This document shows positions 8,520 to 16,005 of a stretch of DNA of 64,000 nt, piece by piece. Both the position numbers and the translations under genes were made by a program. The stretch is taken from IMG/VR virus record IMGVR_UViG_3300037470_000672, positions 64,001 to 128,000 of that record. One strand, written 5' to 3'. The notes below the pieces were generated by a model, which was not told the DNA's origin, searched no databases, and was given only the letters and a program-made list of their open reading frames with translations. Positions within the stretch are counted from its first letter, which is position 1. The number at the start of each line of letters is the position of its first letter. Source of the DNA: a virus.

Positions 8520-10751
8520 TCAGGACACACCCGGTCCGCGGCTGATGAACATCGGCATGTAGAGCACATCCACTGTTGTGGCGACGCCGTCAGCGCCTTG
8601 AACGATGCCGACCTGGAAGACAACGCGGTTGTTCGCTCCTGCGGGGATGGACGTGTCTACCTGACCCGCCGTAGTCGACAGGTAGCAGGGAAGGCCGTTG
8701 AAAGCCGACGCAGGGGCAGACACGAAGCGAATCGGAACCAAAGACCCTGGCGCGGTGTAAATCTGCGCCGGGTTGCCTGCCGTCGCTGCCGCTCGGGTCA
8801 CGCCCGTTACCAGCCCATCGGATAGTGTTCCGGTGTCGGCATCTGCTAGGCCGACGTCTCCGTCAGATTCGATCTGTACGACGTCTCCTGCCGTCAGCGT
8901 GTCGTTGGTCGTGAAGATGAGACCGGCGCCGCCTGCGATGTTGCTGAACTGCGGAAGGTCAACCTTCTCCAACCCCGCCGTTGAGTCCAAGACGAGAAAG
9001 TCGTCCGCGCCGTCCGTGACGGTAAGCGCGGTCGCGCTCGCGTTGGGGATGGTGTAGGTCGAGTCATCTGCGGAGCTGAGCAACAGGCTGCCGCTCGTCG
9101 TAGTGCTCAGGGCGAGGTTGCCGGCGTCCGCCGTCACGTTGCTGGCGCCGGTGCCGTCAATCGAAAACGCACCGGTCGCAAGCATGTCGAACGTGCCGGT
9201 GACGTCGATGTCGAGGTTGGCGCCTGCGTTGATGTCGATCAATCCGCCGGCCGTCAGGTCGATCTCATCGTCCGATGAGACGAGCACGTTGCCCGTACCT
9301 GCCCCGGCGTTCGTGGCGCTGAGAGTCAGGTTCTCCGCACCGGCGCTGTTCCCGGTGACCGTCAGGTTGGAGCTGGTCACCGCGTCGAGGGAGATGCTCG
9401 TGGTGGCGTCGACCGTTACCGCAGTCCCGTCTACGTCTACGTTGACCGCGGCGTCGATGACCACGTCACCAGAGGTGGTCGTGTTGAGCGTCAGGTTCCC
9501 GGACGCCGCCGTGACGTTGGACGCCCCTGTCCCGTCGATGCTGAACGCCCCTGTCGCCAGGATGTCTACGGTCCCTGTGACATCGACATCCAGGTTGGCT
9601 CCGGCGTTGATGTCAACCAAGCCGCCTGCGGTGAGGTCGATCTCATCATCTGCGGAGAGGAGAACGTTCCCGGCACCGGCGCCTGCGTTGGTAGCCGCCA
9701 GCGTCAGGTTGATGGTCCCGGCGTCGTTGCCTGTGACCGTGAAGTTCGAGGAGGTGATGGCGTCCAGGGAGATGGATGCCGTGGCGTCGAAGAGGATGTT
9801 CGCCGCGTCTGCGTCGATGTCGCCTGTGGCGTTGAGGACTACGTTCCCGGACGTAGTTGTGCTGAGCGTCAGGTTTCCGGCGTCCACGGAGACGTTCGAT
9901 GCGGCTGTGCCGTCGATGGAAAACCCGTTGGTGCCCGACATCTGGACGTCGAAGACCGTCCCATCGAAGTCGAGCTGGGTATCGATGTCGATACCCCCGG
10001 TCGCAGTGATGAGGAGCTGCTCGGTGCCGGAGATGACAACGTCACCCTCAGCCGCCGACGTCGTGATCGTGTTGCCGTTTTCGTACGCTGTTTGGAGCGT
10101 TACCGCCGAAGCTGAGATGTCGGAGAACGACAACGGTGTAGAGCTACCGAAAGCGGTCTCCCAGGCGCCGTCCGCGCCTGCCCGCATGACGGACACGTTG
10201 ACCTTGCGGATCGTGCCCTGGGCTGTGTTGTCCGTATCGAACTGGTTCTGGGTGAAGTCCTCGTCCGTGGCGGTTGTGCCGATGCCGCGGATGGTCAGGG
10301 TGGTGCCGACGTGGCTGAGTACCTCGAACAGCCCGTTGTTCTGCGGATCGGCGGCGCCTGTGATCTGAATCAGATCACCAGCCGCGAACGTAGCCGTTCC
10401 TGTCGTGACCACCGTCGGGTTGGAGGTCGCCGGAACTCCGGCCGTGAACCCTCCCGCAGCGACGGTATCGTTCGTAGAGGTCGGAAGGTAGTTGACAACC
10501 AAGCCGCCCGTTTGGGCGGCCACCGTTTCGTACCCGCTGTTCAGGTAGAGGTGGTTATCGTCGAAGGAAACAGTCTCGGCCTGCTCCGTAACCATCGCAC
10601 CGCGAACCGTGAGGTTCGCGGTAATCAGTACATCGTTTTGAAGCTCCATCCGAGCACTGATCTGGAGATTGTCAGCCGCCTCGATGGTTCGAGGGAGAAA
10701 CGGCGCGGAGGCGTCCAAGATCTGGATGTTGTCTACTTGGTTTCCGGCCAC
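8520..10751 (-). CDS. Head/whisker fibre-like protein with internal repeats
   Basis: 743 aa, about 2.3 copies of a ~120-aa repeat (FSIDGTGASNVT...DDEIDLTAGGL); C-terminal domain paralogous to that of 10760..11524. Confidence 0.7.
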   Translation of the reverse strand: MAGNQVDNIQILDASAPFLPRTIEAADNLQISARMELQNDVLITANLTVRGAMVTEQAETVSFDDNHLYLNSGYETVAAQTGGLVVNYLPTSTNDTVAAGGFTAGVPATSNPTVVTTGTATFAAGDLIQITGAADPQNNGLFEVLSHVGTTLTIRGIGTTATDEDFTQNQFDTDNTAQGTIRKVNVSVMRAGADGAWETAFGSSTPLSFSDISASAVTLQTAYENGNTITTSAAEGDVVISGTEQLLITATGGIDIDTQLDFDGTVFDVQMSGTNGFSIDGTAASNVSVDAGNLTLSTTTSGNVVLNATGDIDADAANILFDATASISLDAITSSNFTVTGNDAGTINLTLAATNAGAGAGNVLLSADDEIDLTAGGLVDINAGANLDVDVTGTVDILATGAFSIDGTGASNVTAASGNLTLNTTTSGDVVIDAAVNVDVDGTAVTVDATTSISLDAVTSSNLTVTGNSAGAENLTLSATNAGAGTGNVLVSSDDEIDLTAGGLIDINAGANLDIDVTGTFDMLATGAFSIDGTGASNVTADAGNLALSTTTSGSLLLSSADDSTYTIPNASATALTVTDGADDFLVLDSTAGLEKVDLPQFSNIAGGAGLIFTTNDTLTAGDVVQIESDGDVGLADADTGTLSDGLVTGVTRAAATAGNPAQIYTAPGSLVPIRFVSAPASAFNGLPCYLSTTAGQVDTSIPAGANNRVVFQVGIVQGADGVATTVDVLYMPMFISRGPGVS

Positions 10752-10759
10752 TTTTACCT

Positions 10760-11524
10760 CTACGGACGCCTTGACACGTACTGGGGTTGAATCAGAACAC
10801 TCGGAGCAATCGTGATACCGTCCGCACCTTGGAGCACACCGACCGTGAAGACCACGTTACCCGCTGTCAGCGGTGGGGTCAGACTACCGATTCCGGCCGT
10901 TGTGCTCAAGAAGACCCGCTGACCGTTCGCGGAGGCGAGCGGCGCGACGCTGAAGCGCACAGGCCCGAGGTCGCCGGACGTGGCGACCTGAACGGAGCTA
11001 CCCGCCAAAACGGCTTGGCGAGCACTCCCCACCGCATAAAAATTCCCTCCCGAAAAACTGGCAGCGGCGCGGAGCACCTCTCCTGCTGCGTCGATGGCCA
11101 CGATGTGACCCAAAGACAGAGCCTCGGCTGCAACGAGGACGACACCCCCTACGCCTCCTGCGATCCCGATCCAAAGGGCAGCGCTTGGGGTGGCGTCCAG
11201 ACAGATGAACACCGAGCTGGTCGCGGTGTTGTACCAGTGCGACCCGACCCCGTAGCCTTCGGTGCTGTCGTTGGTTGGGAGCGGATCGCTCGTCGTGCGA
11301 TTATCAAGCTGCCCGGATGTGAATGTAAGAACTTCGTCAAGGAAGTCCGGGACGATCTCGATGTCGATGTCCCCATCGACAAAGAACTGCTTGAGGTTCC
11401 GCGCGCCTTCGATGTCCGCAGGTAACCGCTCCGTAAGAAGTACTTCACCTGGCTCAAGAAACGTCTGGTAGACGCCCGCCAGGTGCTGTCGTTCAGCGCT
11501 GAGATTGGTGATGCGGACCCGCAC
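10760..11524 (-). CDS. Decoration/fibre protein
   Basis: C-terminus (LSTTAG...VFTVGVLQGADG...YVSRRP) matches C-terminus of 8520..10751 (LSTTAG...VFQVGIVQGADG...FISRGP). Confidence 0.65.
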   Translation of the reverse strand: MRVRITNLSAERQHLAGVYQTFLEPGEVLLTERLPADIEGARNLKQFFVDGDIDIEIVPDFLDEVLTFTSGQLDNRTTSDPLPTNDSTEGYGVGSHWYNTATSSVFICLDATPSAALWIGIAGGVGGVVLVAAEALSLGHIVAIDAAGEVLRAAASFSGGNFYAVGSARQAVLAGSSVQVATSGDLGPVRFSVAPLASANGQRVFLSTTAGIGSLTPPLTAGNVVFTVGVLQGADGITIAPSVLIQPQYVSRRP

Positions 11525-11527
11525 AAG

Positions 11528-11860
11528 TTAGAGCCTCCGCAGCATCTCCGCGAGACGCTTACGCCGCTCTACTTCATCTTCCAAAGAGGCGACCACTTCC
11601 AGCTCCTTCTTGTCCTCTTCGGCCTTCACTCGCGCCTCCACGCGGGCGACGAGAGCTTCTTTCTCGACCTGCTTGACCTTCCTGACCAGGAACTTTGGGG
11701 GCTCAGGGAGGTAGGTCTCGTCGCCTGAGTGCTCAGGCCCGCCGCGGAACACGAGCAGACGCAGCGCGAGCAGGACGAGGCCAGAAATTGCAGCGAGCGC
11801 AGCCCAGCACTCCCAGCGCCGGGCCTGGTAGAACGCCTTGAGCTTCTTCCACATCACCAC
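11528..11860 (-). CDS. Single-TM coiled-coil protein (i-spanin-like candidate)
   Basis: N-terminal TM (WAALAAISGLVLLALRLLVF) then charged helical region. Confidence 0.45.
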   Translation of the reverse strand: MVMWKKLKAFYQARRWECWAALAAISGLVLLALRLLVFRGGPEHSGDETYLPEPPKFLVRKVKQVEKEALVARVEARVKAEEDKKELEVVASLEDEVERRKRLAEMLRRL

Positions 11861-12330
11861 GCCTCGACGCGGAAGTCTGTACCCGCGGCCGAACGAACAG
11901 CGATGCCGGACTCATACCGCTGGCGGTAGGTCCGGGTCTCTTCGGGGAAAACTACACCGTGCACGGTTGTACCGTCGAACGAAATCTCCAGATTGTTGGT
12001 AGCGCCGTCGTTGCTGATCTGAAAGGTCCCAGCAGCGCGCCGAGAAACGATCGCACCCTGCGGCGGGGTTCCGGTCGGGGTGACGTTCCCTCCGCCCAGA
12101 GGAGGCGCTGGACGTGCCAGGCGACCGATTTCTGTCGGCCGGGGTTCAGATGTGCCGATGTCTCCGCCTGGTCGCACGATGGGCGTGGGGTCGACCTGAG
12201 CCTCAGCATCCGTGTCACCGATGAGCCAGGCGTTGTCGGCGAAGTCGGCTGTCGCTGTACCCGCTTGAAAGAAACGGACCGAGCGAACCCCGGACGGTGG
12301 TGTGGGGGGCCAGCCTGCGGGAAACGGCAT
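11854..12330 (-). CDS. Hypothetical, probably structural
   Basis: 158 aa; NNLEISFDG...VFPEE small beta-sandwich pattern. Confidence 0.6.
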   Translation of the reverse strand: MPFPAGWPPTPPSGVRSVRFFQAGTATADFADNAWLIGDTDAEAQVDPTPIVRPGGDIGTSEPRPTEIGRLARPAPPLGGGNVTPTGTPPQGAIVSRRAAGTFQISNDGATNNLEISFDGTTVHGVVFPEETRTYRQRYESGIAVRSAAGTDFRVEAW

Positions 12331-12333
12331 GCT

Positions 12334-12543
12334 CTACTCCTCGTCGACGGGGACCTTCTCTATAGCCTGTTCCAGTAGTTGCGCAACAGACATCCCCCGC
12401 TTCAGAGCTGCCTTCGAGAGAGCTTCGTACGTTACCCGAGGGATGGCGACGAAGTAGAAGTCCCCAAGAAACGCCTCAGAGGCGCCTTGCTGAAGTTCCT
12501 CCTGCCCTGGCTCTGGTAGAATCGCAGGTCGTGCCCGTACCAT
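12334..12543 (-). CDS. Ribbon-helix-helix (CopG-like) DNA-binding protein
   Basis: VAIPRVTYEALSKAALKRGMSVAQLLEQAIEK. Confidence 0.6.
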   Translation of the reverse strand: MVRARPAILPEPGQEELQQGASEAFLGDFYFVAIPRVTYEALSKAALKRGMSVAQLLEQAIEKVPVDEE

Positions 12544-12557
12544 ATCTCAGGTTCTCG

Positions 12558-13355
12558 TCAGGTCGTGGGATCTAGGATCTTACTCCTGGCACCGAGAGAA
12601 TACGGCGCCAAGCCGAAGTCGACAGGCGTGAGTGGCTGGGAACGCGGCGTAGGCGCAAACCGCACAGCTCCGTCTAGAGCGTCGGTTGCGGACGGGAAGT
12701 GTACCTGCCCTTGGTACTGCGCCGACTGAGCAAAGGCCATGTTCACGGCAACTATACGCGGTAACCCGCTCGGAAAGAACGCCTCAAAGGTTACGTCACA
12801 CAACGTCATGAACGCAATAATAGAGTCTCGTGCGGTAGACGAAGCTTGCCCCCCGTACAAGCCTATTCCGGAGTTGGGGAGGTAGAGCTTGACCTTGCGC
12901 GGAGCGAAGACCGTGGTGGTTCCTACAGACCCCTCCGGCCCGTACCGAGGAAGGATGTGTCGCCGGAGCCAGACGATAGCCGCGCGTATGTCGACGTTTC
13001 GATCAATGGCTCCGATGTTGGCTAGTGCTGCCAATCTAGCCGTGTTCACTTGCTGACCGGGCTGACCGCTAGCAGTGATCGTCAGGTCTATGTCTGTCGT
13101 GAAGACGGCCGTAAAGGTAATGAGCCGTTCACCGGTGCTCATCCACTGGTACAGCGGGAGGGTCGCCCCTGGAATCTCTTTGGGGTTGTAGTTGACCTGT
13201 TTTTGGTCGTTCAGCGAGTCGGGGAAATACTGGAAGCGCAGGAAGTCCCCTATCGGGGTGTCGTCCTGATCGTCCAGGGTCAGAAGAAGCGCATCTGCCC
13301 GCTTTTCGTTGTGAACGGGGTTGAGCGCGCTGGCTAGTGATCTCAGCGCGACCAT
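12558..13355 (-). CDS. Contractile-system tube-initiator-like protein (CIS tube type)
   Basis: FQYFPDSLNDQKQVNY...IPGATLPLYQWMSTGERLITFTAVF...FFPSGLPRIVAVNMAF. Confidence 0.7.
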   Translation of the reverse strand: MVALRSLASALNPVHNEKRADALLLTLDDQDDTPIGDFLRFQYFPDSLNDQKQVNYNPKEIPGATLPLYQWMSTGERLITFTAVFTTDIDLTITASGQPGQQVNTARLAALANIGAIDRNVDIRAAIVWLRRHILPRYGPEGSVGTTTVFAPRKVKLYLPNSGIGLYGGQASSTARDSIIAFMTLCDVTFEAFFPSGLPRIVAVNMAFAQSAQYQGQVHFPSATDALDGAVRFAPTPRSQPLTPVDFGLAPYSLGARSKILDPTT

Positions 13356-13370
13356 GCGTTCCCTTCTGGG

Positions 13371-13718
13371 CTACGCGGCTTTCTTCTTGCCGCTGGCCTT
13401 CTTCTTCTTTCCACGACGCCAGGCGCCGTACTTCTCACGATAGGCCGCGTTGTACCCTGCCTTGTAGGCGGGGTTCACGCTGAAGCGCTTGGTCTGACCG
13501 TTCGGACCGGAGCACTGGCACTGGTAGTTGGCGCATCGGCAACTCCAGTCATCGGTCTCGCCACGCGGTGTGCTCTTGTAGCCCGGAAGGTTCGCACCAC
13601 CGATGTCCGAACCGCCACGCGGTCCCGTAGCGTTGAAGGGGTTTTGCTCCTTCTCCGCCAGGCTTCGATCGAATTCGAGGAAGACTGCGCTCAGTTCTTC
13701 AAGAAGGTCTTCGTTCAC
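13371..13718 (-). CDS. Small Cys-containing protein with basic tail
   Basis: MNEDLLEE..., CRCANYQCQC, C-terminal RRGKKKKASGKKKAA. Confidence 0.65.
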   Translation of the reverse strand: MNEDLLEELSAVFLEFDRSLAEKEQNPFNATGPRGGSDIGGANLPGYKSTPRGETDDWSCRCANYQCQCSGPNGQTKRFSVNPAYKAGYNAAYREKYGAWRRGKKKKASGKKKAA

Positions 13719-14131
13719 GCTGCGACCCCATCAGCCGCCGCGGCTGGGTTTGGGTACTCTTTGAGCTTCGCTTCCCAATTCACTTCTTCTACACGGTATA
13801 CCGAAACGAGGCGAAGCTCAAACTCCGGATCTGCCCTCAGAACATGGCGGAAATCTCCACTTCGATCCGGGTTGAACATGAAAAACGTACCCAGTTTGCC
13901 GGTTCGGCGGTTCTTGGACAGACCGAGAAAAGCGCCGGGAGTCGCACGTCGGAGCTGCTTGTGCGCATCCGAGGAGCCGTGCGGAGCAAGTACCCCACAC
14001 AAGCGCTTCCAGTCATACCGTACAGCTTTGGCGCCTTTCCGAGCGACGAAACGATCGGCGCGAACGTGGCACTCCGTCAGGACAACGTCTGTCCCGCCTT
14101 CAGCTTGCACACCTACCACATGGTCTACCAT
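13715..14131 (-). CDS. Hypothetical protein (start revised to MVDHVV)
   Basis: ATG at 14131 lies after upstream stop (14163) and the palindrome. Confidence 0.55.
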   Translation of the reverse strand: MVDHVVGVQAEGGTDVVLTECHVRADRFVARKGAKAVRYDWKRLCGVLAPHGSSDAHKQLRRATPGAFLGLSKNRRTGKLGTFFMFNPDRSGDFRHVLRADPEFELRLVSVYRVEEVNWEAKLKEYPNPAAAADGVAA

Positions 14132-14143
14132 GGGAAATTCTCG

Positions 14144-14161
14144 TCCGCCCGTACGGGCGGA
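14144..14161. repeat. Palindrome family copy 1 (TCCGCCCGTACGGGCGGA)
   Basis: Perfect 18-bp palindrome; identical 16-bp core at 28764 and 60271; lies just after a stop codon. Confidence 0.9.
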
Positions 14162-14162
14162 T

Positions 14163-14447
14163 TCAGCGGGCGCCTGTGATTGGCTTCCCCTCACCGAGGG
14201 CTTGCAGCGACGCTTCGACGCTCTCACGCAGGTGCAGCAGAATCTGCTTGGCCTCCTCGAACTGGTCGCCGCGGATGGCCTGGAGCGCGTGCCCGAGCGT
14301 CGCCTGATGCACCGAGATCGACTCGTAGGCGGTTTTCTTGTTCACCCCGAGCTGCTCGGGGGTCTTGGACAGACGCCAACCTGCGTAGGGGCCGTCCCCT
14401 AAGGCGACGCTGCGCATCTCTTCAAGGAGGCTGTTCGGGTTGCTCAT
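14163..14447 (-). CDS. Hypothetical protein MSNPNSLLEE (alternative in-frame start at 14486 inside the repeat)
   Basis: GGAG 5 nt before ATG at 14447. Confidence 0.65.
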   Translation of the reverse strand: MSNPNSLLEEMRSVALGDGPYAGWRLSKTPEQLGVNKKTAYESISVHQATLGHALQAIRGDQFEEAKQILLHLRESVEASLQALGEGKPITGAR

Positions 14448-14459
14448 GCAGGCTCCGGC

Positions 14460-14562
14460 GTCTCGGAATTTCAAATATCCGAGCATCTGTTCATTGGTGC
14501 GGGCCATATCCACCGGATTGGCCGTGGTCTCGGAATTTCAAAGATCCGAGCATCTTTTCAAC
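14460..14562 (-). repeat. Repeat-spacer-repeat unit (CRISPR-like mini-array; 34-36 nt repeats, 33-nt spacer)
   Basis: 14460-14493 and 14527-14560 match at 32/34; internal inverted repeat CTCGGA-N10-TCCGAG; no cas genes in window. Confidence 0.85.
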
Positions 14563-14564
14563 GG

Positions 14565-14918
14565 CTAAACAGCCGCGACGAACAACTCCTCGTTGTCACG
14601 CACGTCGGCCTGCGCCCCGATGCCGAAGGTCACGTCGCCACGGTTGACGAGGATGTTCCACTCCTCACCGGGTTCGAGACCATCGCCATCCATCGCCGAC
14701 TGGGACTTGCTGTGGTGGAAGTCCCGCGGGTGCATCGGCAACTCCACAGAAGAGCCGAACTCCAACGTGCCGTTGGCATCGGGCAGGTTCGCCGGCTCGT
14801 TGAAGGGGTAGGGGAGCGGATCCTCGCGCTGCCCGCCAGTGGCGAGACCGTCCTCGCCCAGACCCAGGCGGTTGAGGGTCTTGTTCGGATCCGTGGTATT
14901 TTCGATCGTAACGATCAC
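14565..14918 (-). CDS. Hypothetical, possibly decoration protein
   Basis: 117 aa, GGAGG RBS before GTG. Confidence 0.65.
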   Translation of the reverse strand: MIVTIENTTDPNKTLNRLGLGEDGLATGGQREDPLPYPFNEPANLPDANGTLEFGSSVELPMHPRDFHHSKSQSAMDGDGLEPGEEWNILVNRGDVTFGIGAQADVRDNEELFVAAV

Positions 14919-14954
14919 GTCATCCTCCGTACCCCTGTACAGGGTGTAGGCGCA

Positions 14955-14983
14955 ACAATACTCTCCGTCAGATCAAGGGTCAA
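14955..14983 (-). promoter_or_regulatory. Sigma70-like promoter TTGACC-17-TATTGT
   Basis: Intergenic, -35 at 14978-14983, -10 at 14955-14960, exact 17-nt spacing. Confidence 0.55.
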
Positions 14984-14990
14984 GCAACCC

Positions 14991-15395
14991 CTAATCCCCT
15001 GCCATGGACACGATGACCACCATGTCCACCGTCCCACCGTTGTTCACGGTGAGGGACGTGATGCCCGGGTGGGTGACCGCCAAAAACCCCACCTTGGTGG
15101 TGCCGAGCGGGGTGACGGGAAGAACCTCGGCGCCGCCGTTGAGCGCGAAGTCGAGCTGCGTCGGGGTATCCGTCTCCGTCTTGGGGCTCGTCCGCACGTA
15201 GAGGAACTTCGCCGAGGCGATGCTGGGGCAGGGGATTACCTGCCCGGCAGCGCCTGCCGGGACGACCACCTTCTGGGTAGCGCCTTCGCCTAGGTCATCG
15301 GTCTGAACCTCGTGGGAGAGGTTGCCCAGGTCTTTCTCCTCCGCTGTGGTGGATGAGATGCCTACCTCGGCCTTGAAGCGGGCGCGTACGGACAT
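14991..15395 (-). CDS. Hypothetical structural-type protein
   Basis: 134 aa beta-rich, AGGAG RBS. Confidence 0.65.
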   Translation of the reverse strand: MSVRARFKAEVGISSTTAEEKDLGNLSHEVQTDDLGEGATQKVVVPAGAAGQVIPCPSIASAKFLYVRTSPKTETDTPTQLDFALNGGAEVLPVTPLGTTKVGFLAVTHPGITSLTVNNGGTVDMVVIVSMAGD

Positions 15396-15407
15396 GGAGG
15401 GCTCCTG

Positions 15408-15698
15408 CTAAACGTCGGTGGCGTCAGACCACTCGGAGAGGGTCTTGAGGTAGGTGTAGGCTTGGGTGTGGGCGTTCGCGCCAGCCTTGTCAAAGGCAGT
15501 GAGCGTGTACGCCCACACCTTGAGCGGCGGATCGGCTGTCTTGGGGTCGACCTTGTAGGCGGTCGCCTCGGTCTGAGACCTGAAAGTCCCTAGCTTGATA
15601 GCGAGCGCACCGTCTCGCCCTGAGGCAACACGGAGCACCTGGTGGTAGGCGTTGGCCACCTGCACACTGCTGAGGGCGATGGTCTTCTGAAGAGCCAT
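15408..15698 (-). CDS. Tail fibre assembly chaperone-like, paralogue 2
   Basis: MALQKTIALSS...FDKAGANAHTQAYTYLK; follows fibre genes. Confidence 0.6.
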   Translation of the reverse strand: MALQKTIALSSVQVANAYHQVLRVASGRDGALAIKLGTFRSQTEATAYKVDPKTADPPLKVWAYTLTAFDKAGANAHTQAYTYLKTLSEWSDATDV

Positions 15699-15994
15699 CA
15701 CACATCCGTGGTGTCAGCGTCGAAGCCTGACTGACTGATCGGGTCTTTGAGCCAGTCGTACGCTTGGGTGTGGATGTTGTCAGTCACGTGAGCCTTGTCA
15801 AAGGAAAGCAATGCGTATTCTTTCTTCTCGACGGGAGGATCCCCAGCATCCGCCTGCGCCTGTCCCACGTAGGAGCAAAGTGTAAAGCGAACCCGATCCG
15901 GGTGAGCTTCATCCCATCGAAGGTGGGTGATCTTGTGATAGGCGTCTGTGAGCTGGACACCCGAAGCAGTCGTGACCGTCTTCTGAAGAGCCAT
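15698..15994 (-). CDS. Tail fibre assembly chaperone-like, paralogue 1 (start revised)
   Basis: MALQKTVTTAS...FDKAHVTDNIHTQAYDWLK; GGAG RBS; shares 19-nt identical stretch with paralogue 2. Confidence 0.6.
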   Translation of the reverse strand: MALQKTVTTASGVQLTDAYHKITHLRWDEAHPDRVRFTLCSYVGQAQADAGDPPVEKKEYALLSFDKAHVTDNIHTQAYDWLKDPISQSGFDADTTDV

Positions 15995-16005
15995 CAGGCT
16001 TTCTC

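Noticed and set aside
9103-10368. Long plus-strand ORFs (also 49433..50773, 58910..60160, 60222..61208 and many shorter)
   Set aside because: Antisense shadows of GC-rich minus-strand genes; no RBS, no recognisable motifs
14460-14562. Calling this a bona fide CRISPR array
   Set aside because: Only two repeats, no cas genes or leader, and other copies lie singly inside CDSs; kept as repeat with a CRISPR-like hypothesis
14527-14562. Integron attC site
   Set aside because: GTTGAAA does not fit GTTRRRY, there is no complementary RYYYAAC end, and no integrase is present
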